A stretch of 64,000 nucleotides of DNA from the IMG/VR virus record IMGVR_UViG_3300050343_000218, one strand, 5' to 3'. Both the position numbers and the translations under genes were made by a program. This stretch comes from a virus. This document shows, piece after piece, positions 8,025 through 18,106 of the stretch (within the stretch, counting starts at the first letter, position 1; each line of letters opens with the position of its first letter). Under the pieces are notes generated by a model, which was not told the DNA's origin, ran no database searches, and saw only the letters and a list, made by a program, of their open reading frames with translations.

Positions 8025-9400
8025 ACTACAAAATCGGAAAATTTGGATTGAGATTCCTTAGAGAAATCTGGTTGGAAATTTGTCGTGTTGGCAACAGCCT
8101 CAGAGTCTTGTTCCTGCTGCACATCATACAGCTTCATCTTCGCTCTGTCAATACCTATGGTGAATCTTTTGAAGATGGTCGGGTCATTGTATCTGTTCTT
8201 GAGTTGCTTGACCATAATCTGGTTCTGCGCCTCAAGTTCTTCAGTAGAGATAAGAGCAAACATAAGATCCGCAGTGGCAGGTAGACCAAATGACTCAGAG
8301 GTGTCGGTAAGATCAACGTCAGAATTGCCATACCCAGACCTAGTAGTCTGAGTAGCAGATACAATTGGTAAATTAAACTCGACAGCAAGACCCCGAAGCT
8401 CTTCTGCAATTGCTTTAACATACGTATAAGAATTGACAATTGCGCCTTTATACCTAGAGGATGCGCAGATATTTAGATAGTCAATAAAGATAATATCTGG
8501 ACTGAAGGATTTTTTTAATGCTAGTTCACTGAGAAGTGCACGAAAATGCCCAACGTGAGCAGAAGCTGTAGGATACTCTTTGATAATAAACTTACCTTCT
8601 GTCTTACGTGACAGGTCAGCAACCTTAGTTTCAAATAGCATCCTAGGCAATTCAGCAATGTCTTTGATGTTTACATTGAGAAGATTAGCATCAATACGTT
8701 CAGCAATTTTCTCCTCTGACATCTCCATCGTGATGTACAAGACGTTCAGACCCATCGTCAAGCAACCAGCTGCTTGATGGCACATAAACAGACTCTTGCC
8801 CACTCCTGTACCTGCCAGAGCAACGTTCAAAGACTTGTTAACCAGTCCACCCTTGGTGATCTTATTGAAGAAGTCCAAGTCAAAAGGAATTCGATCCTCA
8901 TTCTTGGTATAGAAATCAAAACGTTCTTCATAATCTTCCAGGTAGTCGTGACCAATATGATCATCGAAAGAAACAGACAAAGCTTCCTTCAGAATGTCAG
9001 GGATAGAATCTCGCGACTTCTGTTCATCCTTGCCATCAGCAAGTTTAATGGACTGCATCAATGCCAAATAGATGGCACGATCCTTACACCACTTCTCCGT
9101 GGCATCCAACAACCAGTCCTTTGTTGGATCTTCTACTACATCCTGGAAAGACTTACAGACACTTCGGACTTCACCAAACGTCTGATCAGAAACATCGTCC
9201 CGTCCTTCGACTTCAATAAGAACAACCTCTGTGGTCGGGAGACGGTCATACTTATCAGCGAACTTTCTGATCTCTTCAAAAATGATCTTTTCGTTAAGTT
9301 CTTCATAATATTCAGATTTAATAAATGGTAAGACCTTACGAAAGTAGTCATCATTTCTGAAGAGATTTCGTAAGATCGTTTGTTCAATGCGTTCATTCAC
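8021..9400 (-). CDS. gp41: Replicative helicase (T4 gp41-like); GTG start at 9400
   Basis: AGTGVGKS Walker A, IFIDYL, ATQTTR; AAGGAG SD before GTG AAT GAA CGC. Confidence 0.95.
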   Translation of the reverse strand: MNERIEQTILRNLFRNDDYFRKVLPFIKSEYYEELNEKIIFEEIRKFADKYDRLPTTEVVLIEVEGRDDVSDQTFGEVRSVCKSFQDVVEDPTKDWLLDATEKWCKDRAIYLALMQSIKLADGKDEQKSRDSIPDILKEALSVSFDDHIGHDYLEDYEERFDFYTKNEDRIPFDLDFFNKITKGGLVNKSLNVALAGTGVGKSLFMCHQAAGCLTMGLNVLYITMEMSEEKIAERIDANLLNVNIKDIAELPRMLFETKVADLSRKTEGKFIIKEYPTASAHVGHFRALLSELALKKSFSPDIIFIDYLNICASSRYKGAIVNSYTYVKAIAEELRGLAVEFNLPIVSATQTTRSGYGNSDVDLTDTSESFGLPATADLMFALISTEELEAQNQIMVKQLKNRYNDPTIFKRFTIGIDRAKMKLYDVQQEQDSEAVANTTNFQPDFSKESQSKFSDFVV

Positions 9401-10406
9401 CGTATTTAAACTCCTTTGCAGCTGCTTCATCCAGAGCTTGCATCACTTCATCGGTGAAATACTTTTCGGGTTCTGCAAGGATCTGTTTAGGATAAAGAGA
9501 CTTGTCTCCAATCTTGTAACGATTACCCACTCGCTCAAAGACTCCATACTCATCGCCAAGTTCTAGCAATCCAAAGTAACGGTCAAGTCCACGCTCGTCA
9601 TAAAATAGGCGTGTCTTCACTTTACTATTTTCTTTCGTGAATCTAGACTTTTTATTTGTAGCGGTGATAATGTTACCGACAACCTCAGTACCGTCTTTCT
9701 CTTTCGCCTTCGACAAGAAGACAATGTTGGAAGCTGCATACTTAAGTCCTGTACCGCCGCCCATTTCTTTTGTTGGAACATAAGCACCAACAACTTCATA
9801 AGTGTGATTGGTAACAATCAAAGGAATGTTTGCTCTACCAAGATTAAGAGTCAACACTCGGAAGATGGATTTGATGACCTGTGCTCTAGTCATATCACGG
9901 GTCTCTTTTCCTGCTGCAGAATCTTCCATCTCTTTAGATGTAGAAAGATTGCCTAGACTATCCAGGACCATAAGCAGGGGAGGACGATCAGCTTCTTTAA
10001 TCTTTTCGTACTCGCTAACAATTTTCATAGCTTGTGTACGAAATTCCTGCACAGTGACGACAGGAACTAGTCCCACACGATCAGTATCGATCGCACGGTC
10101 TGACATCATATCTTTGGAGATAGCAGATTCAGACTCAAAATAAATGACATTACCTGTAGGATTAGCGTTAAGGAAAGACCGAACGATACTAAGAGCAAAA
10201 AAAGTTTTTCCAGTGCTTGATTCTCCTGCAAGAGCGGTGACTTTGTTTGAAGGAATACCTCCAAAGACCGAACCACTAACAAGGGCATTGAAAATATAAG
10301 AGCCAGTGTCAACCCAACCAGCAAGGTCACCTGAAGTAACCCCGTCGCTAACAACTGAAGCATACTCATTACCAATTTCCTTGATAACGCTATTCAAAAA
10401 CGACAT
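9393..10406 (-). CDS. uvsX: RecA-like recombinase UvsX
   Basis: [32 protein letters not shown]. Confidence 0.95.
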   Translation of the reverse strand: MSFLNSVIKEIGNEYASVVSDGVTSGDLAGWVDTGSYIFNALVSGSVFGGIPSNKVTALAGESSTGKTFFALSIVRSFLNANPTGNVIYFESESAISKDMMSDRAIDTDRVGLVPVVTVQEFRTQAMKIVSEYEKIKEADRPPLLMVLDSLGNLSTSKEMEDSAAGKETRDMTRAQVIKSIFRVLTLNLGRANIPLIVTNHTYEVVGAYVPTKEMGGGTGLKYAASNIVFLSKAKEKDGTEVVGNIITATNKKSRFTKENSKVKTRLFYDERGLDRYFGLLELGDEYGVFERVGNRYKIGDKSLYPKQILAEPEKYFTDEVMQALDEAAAKEFKYGE

Positions 10407-12895
10407 TAAAAAAATTCCAAAAGACTACCAGAGCGTTCCGGCTTCCAACCAATGCATTCTAACACGGAACGCAGAGGTTCGTAGAACGACTTGTTAAATT
10501 GTTTGTCAAAGTCAATGTACTGTTCCAACCCAAACTCTTGGGGCAGCTCCTGGAAAAAGGAGATGACGTTCTCGCCAAGGATGTTTGGTTCTTTCAAGTA
10601 AATGAATTTGATCTTCTCGCCCTCTTGAATGCGAGCGTGTTTGTTTTCGATACCGTACTTTTTAATGTAGTAGTTGTACAAGAGAGAACCACGTACGTGA
10701 ATAGGACACCCCTTCTCATAAATGTTTTTGGGATGTGAATACGTACCGAGGTTATTACAACCACGAGGGAAAGCAATCTCAGAGATAGTTGCTTGCCTAG
10801 TTTCTTTCTTACACTTATCGATAAACTCGATGACGGTATCATTGTCCGAAGACATAATCAATCGGTAAGCTTTCTTAAGACGATCACGAAAGAATTGAGG
10901 GACTGATGAACGGGCAGTTTCCAAACCCATAATTTTCATCTTAGGTTCTTTATAAGCAACCCCCTCACTGTTCCAAACGTTGAGAATGTATCGCTTCTTG
11001 GCAGTCCAGATGCCACGGTCAGCAATGTTCTCACGTTTCATAATCATTTTTTGATCGTATGCCGAAACGTACGACGCAAGTTCTTGATATGAACGTTCGA
11101 TAAAAGGTTCCAGTTTCTCTTGGCAGATCTTATCAAGTATGGAAACAATTGCTGCTTTGTTGCTAGACTTATTACTAAAAAATTTAGTAACAAGAGGTCC
11201 CATATTAAGATAAATTGAATCAGTGTCAGATGCAATTACGTAGTCCTCACCTTCTGTGGAAAGCGTTTTATTTAGGTACTCATTAATCTTCAGTTCGATC
11301 CACCGAATCGAGACTTGACCGCTGAGAGTAATCGCCTCAGCATTCGCCAGCTTGTAGTATCGGAAGTATTCGTTTCCGATAGCACCGTATGCTGAGTTAA
11401 GTTGGATCTTACGTGCCATCTGGAAGTTGTTGTATCGAGAAATTCTCTTTTGAACATCCAGGGTCGGAGAAGCTTCGTATTCTTGTTTTGCATCCAGCAT
11501 CTTACGCTTGTAAATCGATCGTTCATCATAGATTTTCTCCATTAGTTCAGGTAAAAACCCACGCACGTCTTTACGATACTGAGCGCCATTAGCACAAACA
11601 CAATACTCACCATCAATATCAATCTTCTTATTAAGAAGACCATCAACTGTGGCAGAGGGATGACGAACATCCATCAATGTCTCAGGTGAGATATTGTACT
11701 GCATAATGAGGTGGGGATACAGAGAGTTAAGGTCGAAGTTTACGACCCACTCATATATTCCAGCTATAGGTTCCTTTACGTAAGCGCCAGCATACTTGTC
11801 TTTTTTGACAGACGTTTGCTTGGGAGGAATTGCAATATTCCTTTTACGTAAGTAGTTATAAATGATTGCGTCCCACATACGAACCTGTGAGAACACATCT
11901 TCAAGATTAACCTTAGCATCATACGCTAGAGTGAATGCAAGATCCATCAGCTTCATCTTGTCTTCTAGTTGGTCTACAAGACGAACGTCAATGATGTTGT
12001 ATTCAACGAACTTTTTCCAGTCGTTTGTATAGAACTCTTTGAAGGTATCAAACTCAGAGTGATCGAGTTTTTTTCTACCTAGTTCTACAAATGCAATATG
12101 ATCTAGGCGATAGGACTCCTGGTTTGTATAAGTAAATTTCTTATACAGATCCAGGTAGTCCAACACCGTGATCCCCGAAACATCATAAGAGATGTTTTTA
12201 CGACCTTGAATATAAATTTCACGGGAACTAAGAAGTTTCCAAGGTGAAAAGAGTTTCGTAGTCTTGTCTCCAAGAATGCGAGCAAGACGATTACAGATGT
12301 ATGGAACGTCGAACAGATTGACATTCCACCCTGTAATTACGTCGGGATAATTCTCGGTCCACCAAGCGAGGTACCTCTGAAGGAGCTCCTGCTCGTTAGC
12401 GCAATGTGTGTACGATACATCAGCCTGTGGGGTCTGGAAGGGGCGTGAACCCCAAACGTGGTAGATCCCTGTAAAACTGTCCTTGACTGTGATAAGTAAG
12501 ATCTCCTGATCAGCAGACTCAATGTCGGGAAAACCATTCTCTGCTGCGGTTTCAATATCGATCGTAAACACACGGATCTTACTAGGATCATACTTGACTT
12601 CACCAGGGAAGTTGTCGCTGATCCATTGATAGAGGTACGCTTGATTACCATATACGGTGAAGTTTTCAACGTTCTCGTAACGTTTGCAGAATTCTCTGCT
12701 GTCACGAATACCGCCTGGACGGATAGGTTTAACAGTGTCACCCTCAAGTGTGGTGTACCCTGTATCCTCTCCGTTATTACTTCTCACATATAGGGTGGGA
12801 TAGAACTCGTCACGAAGACGAACCTCTTTGTTTCCATCCCACCCGCGAACAAGAATGCGATCACCAACTTGATCAACGTTCTTGTAAAATTTCAT
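10406..12895 (-). CDS. gp43: Family B DNA polymerase
   Basis: DIET exonuclease motif, [28 protein letters not shown]; 829 aa, uninterrupted. Confidence 0.98.
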   Translation of the reverse strand: MKFYKNVDQVGDRILVRGWDGNKEVRLRDEFYPTLYVRSNNGEDTGYTTLEGDTVKPIRPGGIRDSREFCKRYENVENFTVYGNQAYLYQWISDNFPGEVKYDPSKIRVFTIDIETAAENGFPDIESADQEILLITVKDSFTGIYHVWGSRPFQTPQADVSYTHCANEQELLQRYLAWWTENYPDVITGWNVNLFDVPYICNRLARILGDKTTKLFSPWKLLSSREIYIQGRKNISYDVSGITVLDYLDLYKKFTYTNQESYRLDHIAFVELGRKKLDHSEFDTFKEFYTNDWKKFVEYNIIDVRLVDQLEDKMKLMDLAFTLAYDAKVNLEDVFSQVRMWDAIIYNYLRKRNIAIPPKQTSVKKDKYAGAYVKEPIAGIYEWVVNFDLNSLYPHLIMQYNISPETLMDVRHPSATVDGLLNKKIDIDGEYCVCANGAQYRKDVRGFLPELMEKIYDERSIYKRKMLDAKQEYEASPTLDVQKRISRYNNFQMARKIQLNSAYGAIGNEYFRYYKLANAEAITLSGQVSIRWIELKINEYLNKTLSTEGEDYVIASDTDSIYLNMGPLVTKFFSNKSSNKAAIVSILDKICQEKLEPFIERSYQELASYVSAYDQKMIMKRENIADRGIWTAKKRYILNVWNSEGVAYKEPKMKIMGLETARSSVPQFFRDRLKKAYRLIMSSDNDTVIEFIDKCKKETRQATISEIAFPRGCNNLGTYSHPKNIYEKGCPIHVRGSLLYNYYIKKYGIENKHARIQEGEKIKFIYLKEPNILGENVISFFQELPQEFGLEQYIDFDKQFNKSFYEPLRSVLECIGWKPERSGSLLEFF

Positions 12896-13163
12896 CGTAA
12901 GCTTTGACTAGGTGCGAATTTGGTTCAACAAGCGTGAGAATCGTATCGCTGTGGATCATCATCTCATCTTGTATGGTAACACTCTTAAGGAAGCGTGTCA
13001 AGGTTCCGTCTTCATCTAGTTCATACGGTTTGACAAGCAACACATCGGGTTCTCCAGGAAGATCAGCCCCCGTCTCCTCCATCTGTGTCAGGAGCACTTT
13101 GTTGTTCTTCAGCAGGACGACCTGCAGTGAGTTGCTCGTCTTCTGCTCCGAATCGTTCGACAT
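12873..13163 (-). CDS. Conserved cyanophage hypothetical protein (Sm-like fold suspected)
   Basis: VVLLKN...GEPDVLLVKPY...IHSDTILTLVEP; typical small gene directly upstream of gp43. Confidence 0.7.
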   Translation of the reverse strand: MSNDSEQKTSNSLQVVLLKNNKVLLTQMEETGADLPGEPDVLLVKPYELDEDGTLTRFLKSVTIQDEMMIHSDTILTLVEPNSHLVKAYDEILQER

Positions 13164-13428
13164 AATGATCAGTTAGGGCTTGTAGGGGGTTAGTAATAGT
13201 AGTGAAGCTGTGTTCTTTAACAAGGAACCGACGCTCAGAAGACAAAGGTGCCCAGTTCTCAAACGTAACGTTGGGACCTGCTTCAGGGTCTTCCATATTT
13301 TTCATAATTCGCACGATCTGAGGGTCGCGCAAGATGAAACCAACGTCATCGCTGGTCTCAGAACGTGTCTCATAGACATCAGCGATGACATCCTCACCGC
13401 TTTTCATCAGAATCAGTTGGATCGACAT
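13063..13428 (-). CDS. Conserved cyanophage hypothetical protein (start revised to 13428)
   Basis: MSIQLILMKSGEDVIAD...WAPLS...ITNP; ATG lies about 20 nt after a sigma70 promoter. Confidence 0.75.
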   Translation of the reverse strand: MSIQLILMKSGEDVIADVYETRSETSDDVGFILRDPQIVRIMKNMEDPEAGPNVTFENWAPLSSERRFLVKEHSFTTITNPLQALTDHYVERFGAEDEQLTAGRPAEEQQSAPDTDGGDGG

Positions 13429-13449
13429 ATTAGTTCTAGGTGAATCTCT

Positions 13450-13478
13450 ATTATAAAGGACCCCTCGACCGAAGTCAA
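13450..13478 (-). promoter_or_regulatory. Sigma70-type promoter TTGACT-N17-TATAAT inside a GC hairpin, upstream of the gp43 operon
   Basis: GGACCCCTTGAC-TTCG-GTCGAGGGGTCC-TTTATAAT; spacer counted as 17 nt. Confidence 0.8.
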
Positions 13479-13512
13479 GGGGTCCAGTTGGCACGCAGGG
13501 GGTCACACGTAT

Positions 13513-13947
13513 TTAGAGGAAATCCTGACGTTGGAAATGTTCAGGTACTACCTTCTGTAGGGTGACGGATAACAAACCGTCCTCAAATTCAACTGCATCG
13601 ACTCTCCAATCTTCAGTCAAAGTCCAAGCTCGAGTGAAACTACGTTGCGCGATTCCTTTATGGGAATAATTAACGTCAGTTTCTTTGTCTTCTTTCTGAC
13701 CTTCGACAAACATTTTGCCGTGTTCAGTATAAACAAAGACTTCTTCTTTCTTGAATCCAGCAAGTGCAATTTCAATACGAGTTTTTACATTGCTCTCGTG
13801 GATAACATTATAAGGGGGATAATTTTTAGTGGTCTCGTGCAGTGCACCTAGTCGATCGAACCAATCATCAGCACCAATTGAGTGCTTGACAATCCTGTCC
13901 ATCAGCTCGGGAAGATCCGAGGCAGTATAACGTACTAGACGTTCCAT
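13513..13947 (-). CDS. hsp20: Small heat shock protein (start revised to 13947)
   Basis: NYPPYN...IEIALAGF...HKGIAQRSFTRAWTL...FEDGLLSVTLQK alpha-crystallin domain; AGGAG SD. Confidence 0.93.
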   Translation of the reverse strand: MERLVRYTASDLPELMDRIVKHSIGADDWFDRLGALHETTKNYPPYNVIHESNVKTRIEIALAGFKKEEVFVYTEHGKMFVEGQKEDKETDVNYSHKGIAQRSFTRAWTLTEDWRVDAVEFEDGLLSVTLQKVVPEHFQRQDFL

Positions 13948-14021
13948 TATGGTAGCTCCTATAAAGCGAGTTTGTGTTTTGTGGACCCCGAAGGCATCCA
14001 ATAATAATTATATCAGAACAT

Positions 14022-14048
14022 AAAAAAAGACGAGTGGCGAAACCCGTC
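14022..14048 (-). terminator. Rho-independent terminator
   Basis: GACGGG-TTTCGCCA-CTCGTC followed by T7; TATAAT at 14007-14012 just downstream. Confidence 0.7.
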
Positions 14049-14101
14049 CATTGGTAGCGTATATTCCGTATGTAGAGGTCGCGCACGAAAGAGCGACACT
14101 A

Positions 14102-14350
14102 CTATTTAGGTGGATTCCACATCCTTGGGTTGATCTTTCCTTTAGATTGTGCGAAACCTACGAACTCTTTACCATACTTATCATAGTAATAGTCAAATAA
14201 GTCTACAGTTTTTGTACACTTAGCAATATCATATTTTGCAAATCCTTCAGATTTATATTCTACAAGATATGCAGTATACGGAAGAGTCGTATCATCTGCA
14301 AGAGATGCATCGCAATCTTCGTGAATGATTTGAACTCTGTTCTTAGCCAT
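14102..14350 (-). CDS. Conserved cyanophage hypothetical protein (82 aa)
   Basis: IIHEDCD...LPYTAYLVEY...DYYYDKY...GKINPRMW, usual gene upstream of hsp20. Confidence 0.75.
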   Translation of the reverse strand: MAKNRVQIIHEDCDASLADDTTLPYTAYLVEYKSEGFAKYDIAKCTKTVDLFDYYYDKYGKEFVGFAQSKGKINPRMWNPPK

Positions 14351-15170
14351 CTTTTTTAGTAATGAATGAACTTTTGTTCGCTGGTGGATTGGTTAGCGCC
14401 AACATCGCAACTAAAGAATATCTAACGTGACCATCATTATACTGCTTATCATCATAATAGGCAGTGTGGAAAACAGAACCTCTGTATCCAGAGCAGACAT
14501 TAAATCCTGCAGGAACAATACCTTCTAAGTTGTAAACCTCATCACCTTGGAAGCATTCCCAGGAAGACATCTTGCCGACGCCATCTCTACCAACATCCAT
14601 CAAAGATGCAATAGTTGAGCTGCGATATCCTCCTTGCTTTTCCAACAGTCTAACGTCCAACCATTTTGTGCCTTCAACATTAATGGAGTACATTGCAGTA
14701 CCATCATTAACTAGATCATCAGAAAGAAACAAGTTAAACGCAAAGTCACCAGGGTCAACGTGAGGACGATAGTTACTATCGATTGATTGCATACCCTTCC
14801 AAAAAACATTGTTGTAGCAAGAGAAATCGTGCCACGTCATAGATTTGGTAGTAATCTTCCAGTCAAACAAAAGTTTGCGCAAGTAACTTACATAAGGCTT
14901 TACCCATTCATTCGCAACAGGCTGCTGCATACCAGGTGCACCAGTCTTAGTCGGCATAAGATCATTGGTGCCAGTAATATACGAAGAATTGATTAGAAAA
15001 TCCCTAACATCATAAGGATTGACTAGGCAGTTCTCTACAGCAATATAACGTAAATCAAAATCGGGCGAAATTTTCTCTACGTATTCTTTTCTATTTGGAT
15101 TAATAGCAAATAATTTTTCCAATCTCTCGGGAGTTACCACACGAGAGTCGAAATCACCTAACGTCAACAT
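14343..15170 (-). CDS. Putative 2OG-Fe(II) oxygenase (DUF6445-like)
   Basis: YRPHVD (HxD), FNLFL...GTAMY, distal VFHTAY. Confidence 0.6.
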   Translation of the reverse strand: MLTLGDFDSRVVTPERLEKLFAINPNRKEYVEKISPDFDLRYIAVENCLVNPYDVRDFLINSSYITGTNDLMPTKTGAPGMQQPVANEWVKPYVSYLRKLLFDWKITTKSMTWHDFSCYNNVFWKGMQSIDSNYRPHVDPGDFAFNLFLSDDLVNDGTAMYSINVEGTKWLDVRLLEKQGGYRSSTIASLMDVGRDGVGKMSSWECFQGDEVYNLEGIVPAGFNVCSGYRGSVFHTAYYDDKQYNDGHVRYSLVAMLALTNPPANKSSFITKKDG

Positions 15171-15172
15171 AA

Positions 15173-15598
15173 TTATTCAGGGGTTTTTTTCTTTCCAATA
15201 TTATACTTAGACTCTAAAATCCATTCAGATTTGTCTTTAAAGGAAAGAACTTTGATCTGGTTAAGAGGAGCTACGTTGAGTATTTTCTCTTTACTTAGAT
15301 CACAAATAGTAACGAGACCCCAGTCTACCAGGAGCTGCACGATACGATTTCTTCTTTGGATATCGTTCACACTCAAGTTTGTCTGCTTGCCATCCAAGGC
15401 AAACAATTCTTTGAAGTGAACAATATAATACTTACCACGTTTATGGAGGATGTGACAAGATTGATAAATTTTCTTCTCTTTGCGAGAAGCGACACCAATA
15501 CGTGTTAGCGTTTCTCTCACTTTGAGGAAGTCATCGGGTTCCCCAAGCACGACTTCGACCATTTGGGTCTCGTCCCATTGTACAAATTCTTCGCTCAT
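15173..15598 (-). CDS. regA: Translational repressor RegA
   Basis: PDDFLKVRETLTRIGVASRK...QSCHILHKRGKYYIVHFKELFALDG. Confidence 0.97.
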   Translation of the reverse strand: MSEEFVQWDETQMVEVVLGEPDDFLKVRETLTRIGVASRKEKKIYQSCHILHKRGKYYIVHFKELFALDGKQTNLSVNDIQRRNRIVQLLVDWGLVTICDLSKEKILNVAPLNQIKVLSFKDKSEWILESKYNIGKKKTPE

Positions 15599-15969
15599 CT
15601 GTTGCCACCTGTGTCAATTAAGGATTTAATCTCAGTGATTTGAGAAGTGGTCAATACCTGTAGCGCTTGTCGTGCCTTTTCATTACTATAACCATAGTAA
15701 GTCTTCACAGCTTCAAGATCATTAAGTTTTGACTGCTTCAACCAAGGAGAAAATCTTTTCCTAGGTCTCAGTGTATTTATGTAGTAGTCATACTGCATTT
15801 TTTTATCGAGATGATGTGCTTGATTCATCTCATTAACGTGCAATATACAATCTAAGTGTCCAGAAAGACATCGGTTAATCACAAATGGTGGGTAGTTTTT
15901 GTGATTATCTTCATCCCAAATATCTTTCTTAGACTGATTGATTGAATACAAGTAGTCCTTGAGTTCCAT
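15595..15969 (-). CDS. gp62: Clamp loader small subunit
   Basis: YPPFVINRCLS...MQYDYYINTLRPRKRFSPW...YYGYSNEKA. Confidence 0.93.
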   Translation of the reverse strand: MELKDYLYSINQSKKDIWDEDNHKNYPPFVINRCLSGHLDCILHVNEMNQAHHLDKKMQYDYYINTLRPRKRFSPWLKQSKLNDLEAVKTYYGYSNEKARQALQVLTTSQITEIKSLIDTGGNR

Positions 15970-15984
15970 AATAAAAAATTAAAG

Positions 15985-16221
15985 TTAAAGCTTACCGCTT
16001 ACCACACTACTAAAGGTAGATTGGATTCCATCGTAACCATCAATAGCCCATTTAAGATGCCAGTAAGTCATCGAGACGACTGCATCTAACTCACCGCCAG
16101 TTAAAATAGTATGACCTTTGAGGGTAGCTTCACCAACACTGCTATACAATCCATAACGTGTTTTGAAAAAACGTACTTTACCTAGACGTTCTTCTCCAAC
16201 GTAGTAAGACCACTCAGTCAT
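15985..16221 (-). CDS. Small hypothetical protein (start revised to 16221)
   Basis: MTEW...KTRYGLYSS...VVSGKL; the longer start in the track would overlap the upstream gene by 86 nt. Confidence 0.6.
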   Translation of the reverse strand: MTEWSYYVGEERLGKVRFFKTRYGLYSSVGEATLKGHTILTGGELDAVVSMTYWHLKWAIDGYDGIQSTFSSVVSGKL

Positions 16222-16243
16222 CCACGTCGCAGATGCAGGAAGT

Positions 16244-16450
16244 TCAAAAAGTACGGACTGGTCCAAAGACTGTTCTCCCACTACTGTTGAATCTGTAGAT
16301 CTGGGTCTTTCCATTTGTGAGGTTGACAACTACTTCGTCTCCTTGAATAAGTGCATTTTGTACATCGACCCCGAAGGTCTGAATGACACCAGCAGAGGTG
16401 TCTACGATTTGAGCGCGACCATTCGCAGCTCTGGCAATAATATTTCCCAT
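16244..16450 (-). CDS. Small conserved hypothetical protein (start revised to 16450)
   Basis: MGNIIARAANGRAQIVDTSAGVIQTFG...; TAATG overlap with the dam stop. Confidence 0.7.
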   Translation of the reverse strand: MGNIIARAANGRAQIVDTSAGVIQTFGVDVQNALIQGDEVVVNLTNGKTQIYRFNSSGRTVFGPVRTF

Positions 16451-17313
16451 TACTTGTACCACTTTCCTGTACTGTTATCTATGTTGTAATTGACTAGCAT
16501 CAATTCCTTACGCTTGTCTTGATCGGACCCATAGGATGCTGTCGAACGCATCGTATAAGTCAAGTCCCACTTCAATTTTGAGAATGATGGATAGAGCTCT
16601 TCTACTTCATCACAGGAATTGTAAGTGATCATAGTATTACCTTTAAAGTCCTTAAGAGTTTCGGACATTCGTACGTGATCAAATGATTTGTGAAGATCTC
16701 CCTTCTTCCCGTATAGATTATCTTTAATCAAATATGGAGGATCCAAAAAGTTAAATGCATCTTCTCTAATAACATTGGCATAGTCCTCATTAAGGATATT
16801 CCAGTTTTGGATTGCCTGATGATACCAGGTCAAAGAATTGATACCATTGAAACTGAAGTTAGACTGCGATGCTTGAGCTGAGAAAGAACTGTTCTCACTC
16901 AGACCAGAGAAAGAACATTTATTACAGATATAAAAATTGACAGCAGACTCATACACCCCAATGTCTTCATTGAGCTTTTGCTTTGCTTTTTGAAATGCCT
17001 CACGGTGAGCAGCGATCACGTCATCCTGATCCTCAAATCTATTGAGGTAGGTTTTGATGTTGAAGAGGTGATCCTGCAGTTGGGGACCTATATCGCGAAG
17101 CACCAACCAGAAGCGGTACAGAGGCGTATAGAGGTCGCTCACGGTCACCTTAAGGTCAGGGTTGGTACGGGTCAAGGCAATCGCCATAGAACCGCCACCC
17201 AAGAAACCTTCAGTGTAGTGCTCGTAGTTTGATGGAATATAGTCCAACAGGATCTTAGTGGCGCGAGACTTGCCACCAGGATACCTAAGAGGAGTTTTAA
17301 ATCTTTTACTCAT
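16450..17313 (-). CDS. dam: DNA adenine methyltransferase (D12/Dam class)
   Basis: LRYPGGKS, EGFLGGGS SAM-binding motif, FLDPPY catalytic motif. Confidence 0.92.
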   Translation of the reverse strand: MSKRFKTPLRYPGGKSRATKILLDYIPSNYEHYTEGFLGGGSMAIALTRTNPDLKVTVSDLYTPLYRFWLVLRDIGPQLQDHLFNIKTYLNRFEDQDDVIAAHREAFQKAKQKLNEDIGVYESAVNFYICNKCSFSGLSENSSFSAQASQSNFSFNGINSLTWYHQAIQNWNILNEDYANVIREDAFNFLDPPYLIKDNLYGKKGDLHKSFDHVRMSETLKDFKGNTMITYNSCDEVEELYPSFSKLKWDLTYTMRSTASYGSDQDKRKELMLVNYNIDNSTGKWYK

Positions 17314-18106
17314 AACAAGGAATAGGTACTAGATTAGTATTAAACATACTAACTTGACGTTCAAATACAGGGTACGCTTGGCATACACCTTTCTCAGAAC
17401 TGCAGCTCTGTAGAGGAACCCAGTTCAGATCATCGATAATATCATACCCAATACTAACACGTATGCCATCATACTGTCTAGGAATTACCCGATGCAATAA
17501 AGGACCAGGACCAATGTAATGCTGTCCTTGCTTATTAGGAATGACACGTACGTTTTCAGTATCATTCAAAGGATGATCATCACGTGAGTCTGGATTATCC
17601 ATATACCACTGAGTGATTTCATCTCTTTCTCTCAAGTGAGCGAGATGATCGCAGAAGACAGTATCAGTAGGACGATCACTCAAGTGAACAAATCCGTGGT
17701 ACTTACAGTAACTATGATTATGCCACCCAAGAGAAAGCTTTCCAAGTTCCTCATACCTATGGACATTCATCCAAGCGTGGATCCACAAAGGTTGACTCTT
17801 CAGTTCTGGATGGGAACGAATCTGCTTAAACATATCCTGCCAAAGGTAGAAGAAGTTAGGCATTGTCGAAGACAGCATAATCAAATTGTATGCATTCTTC
17901 CCAAGGGTCATATCCCAATCGCCATCCTTCACACTACCGTCACCCATAGATTGAGAAAAGAATTGTTCAGCTGAATGCTGTCTGATATTCTGATCCCAAA
18001 GGTTGTAGCACGCACGTGCTTCAGTTAAGAGACCTTCCCAATTAGTGTGAGGGACGATCTCATAGGTCTTGATATTATACAGAAACTCTTTTATAGCTTC
18101 ACTCAT
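17306..18106 (-). CDS. Putative 2OG-Fe(II) oxygenase
   Basis: AWMNV...WHNH...GFVHL...LLHRV...RVSIGYD double-stranded beta-helix pattern. Confidence 0.6.
   Translation of the reverse strand: MSEAIKEFLYNIKTYEIVPHTNWEGLLTEARACYNLWDQNIRQHSAEQFFSQSMGDGSVKDGDWDMTLGKNAYNLIMLSSTMPNFFYLWQDMFKQIRSHPELKSQPLWIHAWMNVHRYEELGKLSLGWHNHSYCKYHGFVHLSDRPTDTVFCDHLAHLRERDEITQWYMDNPDSRDDHPLNDTENVRVIPNKQGQHYIGPGPLLHRVIPRQYDGIRVSIGYDIIDDLNWVPLQSCSSEKGVCQAYPVFERQVSMFNTNLVPIPCYE

Noticed and set aside
14014-14052. 12-codon leader peptide MDGFRHSSFFMF as an attenuator
   Set aside because: Weak SD, and the Phe codons come simply from the terminator T-run. There is no independent support.
14040-14100. tRNA or known riboswitch upstream of hsp20
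   Set aside because: No cloverleaf, TTC-loop or CCA end and no aptamer I can recognise. Kept only as an unclassified small RNA candidate.
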